Shown here piece by piece: positions 60,735 to 64,000 of a stretch of DNA of 64,000 nucleotides. This DNA comes from Epithemia pelagica. Lineage: Eukaryota; Protista; Bacillariophyta. The stretch covers positions 2,976,001 to 3,040,000 of the forward strand of contig OX337239.1 in the NCBI GenBank assembly GCA_946965045.2, written 5' to 3'. The notes under the pieces are model-generated. The model did not search any database. It was not told the DNA's origin and saw only the letters and a list, made by a program, of their open reading frames with translations. Within the stretch, counting starts at the first letter, position 1, and each line of letters starts with the position of its first letter. The translations under genes and the position numbers were made by a program.

Positions 60735-62200
60735 ACACCCTTCTATAGCTTGAATCACTCTGAATTTCGGTAGAGACACTAGGGGTATCATAGGCATGGA
60801 TGTCATAGGCTCTGAACTCGTCGATCGCGGACCAAAAGTCTTGTTGTAGACCATACCAGTGTCGCGTTGTCGTTGTCTCAACATTCCATGGACATGGAGC
60901 AAAGTAACCCTTCTATAGCTTGAATCACTCCAAATTTCGGTAAAGACACTTGCGCTATCATAGACATGGATTTCATAGGCTCTAAACTCGTCTACCATGG
61001 ACCAAAAGTCTTGTAGTAGACCATACTGGTGTGGCGTTGTCAATGTCCCAAACTTCCATGGACATGGAGCAAAGTAACCCTTCTATAACTTGAGTCGCTC
61101 CAAATTTCGGTAAAGACACTTGCGCTATCATAGACATGGATGTCATAGGCTCTGAACTCTTCTATCGCAGACCAAAAGTCTGGCTGAAGACCATACCAGT
61201 GTCGCGTTGTCGATGTCCCAAACTTCCATGGACATGGAGCAAAGAAACCCTTCTATAACTTGAGTCGCTCCAAATTTCGGTAGAGACACTTGGGGTATCA
61301 TAGGCATGGATGTCATAGTCTCTGAACTCGTCAATCGCGGACCCATGGAGCAAAGTAACCCTTCTATAACTTGAGTCGCTCCAAATTTCGGTAGAGACAC
61401 TTGGGGTACCATAGGCATGGATATCATAGGCTCTGAACTTATCTACCATGGACCAAAAGTCTTGTAGTAGACCATACTGGTGTTGCGTTGTCGATGTCCC
61501 AAACTTCCATGGACATGGAGCAAAGAAACCCTTCTATAACTTGAGTCGCTCCAAATTTCGGTAGAGACACTTGGGGTACCATAGGCATGGATATCATAGG
61601 CTCTGAACTCATCTACCATGGACCAAAAGTCTTGTTGTAGACCATACTGGTGTTGCGTTGTCGATGTCCCAAACTTCCATGGACATGGAGCAAAGAAACC
61701 CTTCTATAACTTGAGTCGCTCCAAATTTCGGTAGAGACACTTGGGGTACCATAGGCATGGATATCATAGGCTCTGAACTCATCTACCATGGACCAAAAGT
61801 CTTGTTGTAGACTATACCAGTGTCGCGTTGTCGATGTCCCAAACTTCCATGGACTTCTTCGAGCAAAGACATTTTTCTGTTCATCGAATCGACCCAGGTC
61901 TTGGTACATATCCTCGGGATATCATAGCCATGTATACCATAGGCTCTGATCTTATGTGCCGTCAAGATAAAGGCTTGCAATAGATCAGATCGGTTTGGCG
62001 TTGTCGCCGTGCCAAAATTGTATGGACATGGAGCAAAGAGATCCTTCTCGTCATGGAATCGGTCCAGATTTTGGAAGAGACCCTTAGTGTATCATTCTTA
62101 TGGATACCATAGGATCTGATCTCGTGATCTGTGATGAGAAAGGCTTGCAATAGACCATACCGATATAGCGTTGGCCTTGACATTGTCCAAAAATTTCGTA
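60735..62200. repeat. Tandem array of ~170-bp units (about 8-9 units, one shortened, distal ones diverged)
   Basis: ACCAAAAGTC at 60831, 61001, 61171, 61452, 61622 and 61792. Confidence 0.92.
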
Positions 62201-62608
62201 GGCTCATTTTATCCTCCATTGAATCGTATGACAAAGCAAACAAGACTCAGAAATTCTTAGCGTTATTTGAATTTTCCCCATAAAAACGATAAGAACTGAG
62301 AGATAGTCAGGATCAGTTGTTTTCTCCGAAGTACATCTTCTTGCAACCGCAAACAGAAATCCTCTTACCATTACTCTTCGAGAAGACCGTTCGATATCGT
62401 ATAAAAGATGGAAGACTCGTCTTGGTTGAATACTGTTGCAATATGGAATCTCATCTCGAATACACGATTTGATGTTGAAATTTCGTTTTGTCTTCGTAGC
62501 GGTGATAGGAATGTTATTCTCACTGAAGATGTTGCGGCAGCCAAATGAATCAAAAACGAATTCAAGGATCTTGTAGACAGGATTATTAATCACGAGGGAC
62601 GACTTGAT

Positions 62609-63271
62609 GTGATTTCCATTATGAATGGTAATCAAAAAACAGAAGAGCACCAGTGTCAGATGGGCACATGGGCAGACAGACCGGAATTCCTTGACGGACC
62701 CTTCATCTGGAAACAAAACTTCCTCGAGACATGTCTTGTTTGTGGTAAATTCACCTGTAATCAACGGGTAACAATATACACATGCAAGCATTGTTTTGGT
62801 CCTTTACAAGTACCTGGGTCGTCTTCATCTTGTGATACCACTTGTGCAAAGACTCCCTGTACTTCATCCATGAACATGTCCTTCGTATGGGAGTTCTGTA
62901 TGACTTTACGAGAGGCATTCCAAGCGTGGTTTGACTTCCACAAGTTTGGAAAAAACAGAAAGATTCCCTTTTTTGAATATATCCCAGCCGAAACTTGTGG
63001 GATTTTGACAAAAACGGTCGGTAAAGTATGGAGAGAAAAATTGGAGCCTTATTACGACGAGGATACCAAGTGGCGTAGTCCATCTCATTTCATTCACACC
63101 GAGAAACAATGGGCATTGTGGCTGATTTCTTCACCACCTGGTTGCTCCTTTCGCAACTATATGCCTATTTTTACTGCATGTTATCATATAGCACAGGAAA
63201 ATCCAAAGAAACATGCTGCTGGTGTATCACAGAGTGCTCGCAAGAAACAAAAGACGTGGAATGCTCCCTGA
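62609..63271 (+). CDS. Cys-rich 'NYMP' partner gene 2 (220 aa)
   Basis: CLVCGKFTC..YTCKHC..CDTTCAKTPC. The C-terminus VWREKLEP...QWALWLISS...RNYMPIFTACY matches partner 1. Confidence 0.7.
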   Translation: MISIMNGNQKTEEHQCQMGTWADRPEFLDGPFIWKQNFLETCLVCGKFTCNQRVTIYTCKHCFGPLQVPGSSSSCDTTCAKTPCTSSMNMSFVWEFCMTLREAFQAWFDFHKFGKNRKIPFFEYIPAETCGILTKTVGKVWREKLEPYYDEDTKWRSPSHFIHTEKQWALWLISSPPGCSFRNYMPIFTACYHIAQENPKKHAAGVSQSARKKQKTWNAP

Positions 63272-63310
63272 ATTTGTTTTTCCTTCGTGATGAATGCATC
63301 CAGAAAGAAT

Positions 63311-64000
63311 TTATAATGTTCCGCTACGAATACCTTGAACCGTCTTGGTTATACCATGGTCCTCTCTTGTTTTGTTGACAGTTGCATTCATAGACCTGGA
63401 ACTTACTGCCCAAAACCAACTAATAGTGTCGTTCTTCATGTTCCCATCTTTATGTTGTCTTTGTGTGTGTATTGACGTTCCATGCCGGATCACACGTCCA
63501 TCCCATAGAACCGAAACCCCATGAAATAGTTGTATACAAAGACCATGGTATGTAGTACCATCATACTCCACAAGAATATGCGGCAAAACAAAGAACCAAT
63601 TTTGGGAGTCACCTGGGATTGTCTCTGTCCAGATTGCGAATGAAACAGAACCATCGTGAACATCATAATGTGTCGTGTTCATGAGGTTCAAAATCAGGGT
63701 AATGGCTGAGGTCATACCTCCGACTCTTCCTCCGAATTCACTAGGCATTTCTTCGCCAGCTGAATCTTCTAGATACCGGAATGTTGGAATCACCCCAGGA
63801 TATTCGCGTTCACGGAACCTTTTTGCCGCTGTACTTATTTTCGGCAGTATCATCGATAATGTCTTGTCCTTTGTAAATAATTTCTCGGAAACGAAAGTAG
63901 AACCGTTTCCTCTTGCCGCAGTATTACCAACAGTGGTCATAGATCCCAAGTCTCCCTTATTACATCTGGCATTGGCCGCCTTTCTCTGAGACCCAGTACG
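63311..64000 (-). CDS. TET/JBP-like 2OG-Fe(II) dioxygenase (copy 2, runs off the window)
   Basis: MNTTHYDVHD, WFFVLPHI, LFHGVSVLWDGRVIRHGTS. The frame is open to 64000 (NARCNKGDLGSM matches NCRRDRGDFGGM of copy 1). Confidence 0.7.
   Translation of the reverse strand, partial: RTGSQRKAANARCNKGDLGSMTTVGNTAARGNGSTFVSEKLFTKDKTLSMILPKISTAAKRFREREYPGVIPTFRYLEDSAGEEMPSEFGGRVGGMTSAITLILNLMNTTHYDVHDGSVSFAIWTETIPGDSQNWFFVLPHILVEYDGTTYHGLCIQLFHGVSVLWDGRVIRHGTSIHTQRQHKDGNMKNDTISWFWAVSSRSMNATVNKTREDHGITKTVQGIRSGTL

Noticed and set aside
60601-62200. Regular arrays (44 bp, 170 bp; also 66 bp at 5273) as CRISPR
   Set aside because: Whole units are repeated with no unique spacers, there are no cas genes, and the context is eukaryotic.

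Overview
Eukaryotic, transposon-dense DNA. The TE families and hypothetical-protein motifs look like those of a diatom (inference). More than 80% is nested mobile DNA. It includes at least five Ty1/copia LTR elements, two of them with both LTRs (15520-24137 and 52905-59639), plus a solo LTR (60214-60453). There is also an 8.5-kb pogo-type transposon with cargo, a TIR 'Pack' element carrying the 5' end of a typA GTPase gene, a PIF/Harbinger element with ~600-bp TIRs, a decayed tyrosine-recombinase-type RT containing a (CA)110 tract, and several tandem and inverted repeats. The most notable signal is a duplicated, mirror-arranged two-gene module at 51750-64000. A TET/JBP-like 2OG-Fe(II) dioxygenase (NxTHYD...WDGRV..HGTS) sits tail-to-tail with a small Cys-rich gene ending in W..WL...NYMP.F..C. 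The first partner gene is hidden and appears only when the 6.7-kb copia insertion is excised in silico. The first dioxygenase is preceded by a degenerate run of RING-H2, Cys-rich and possibly SET-like ORFs. Other notable features are an in-frame UGA gag/pol junction and an anticodon-arm PBS shared by two divergent copia elements, a copia with AG...TT LTR termini, and a copia family making 4-bp TSDs. All domain calls come from visual motif recognition, not database searches.
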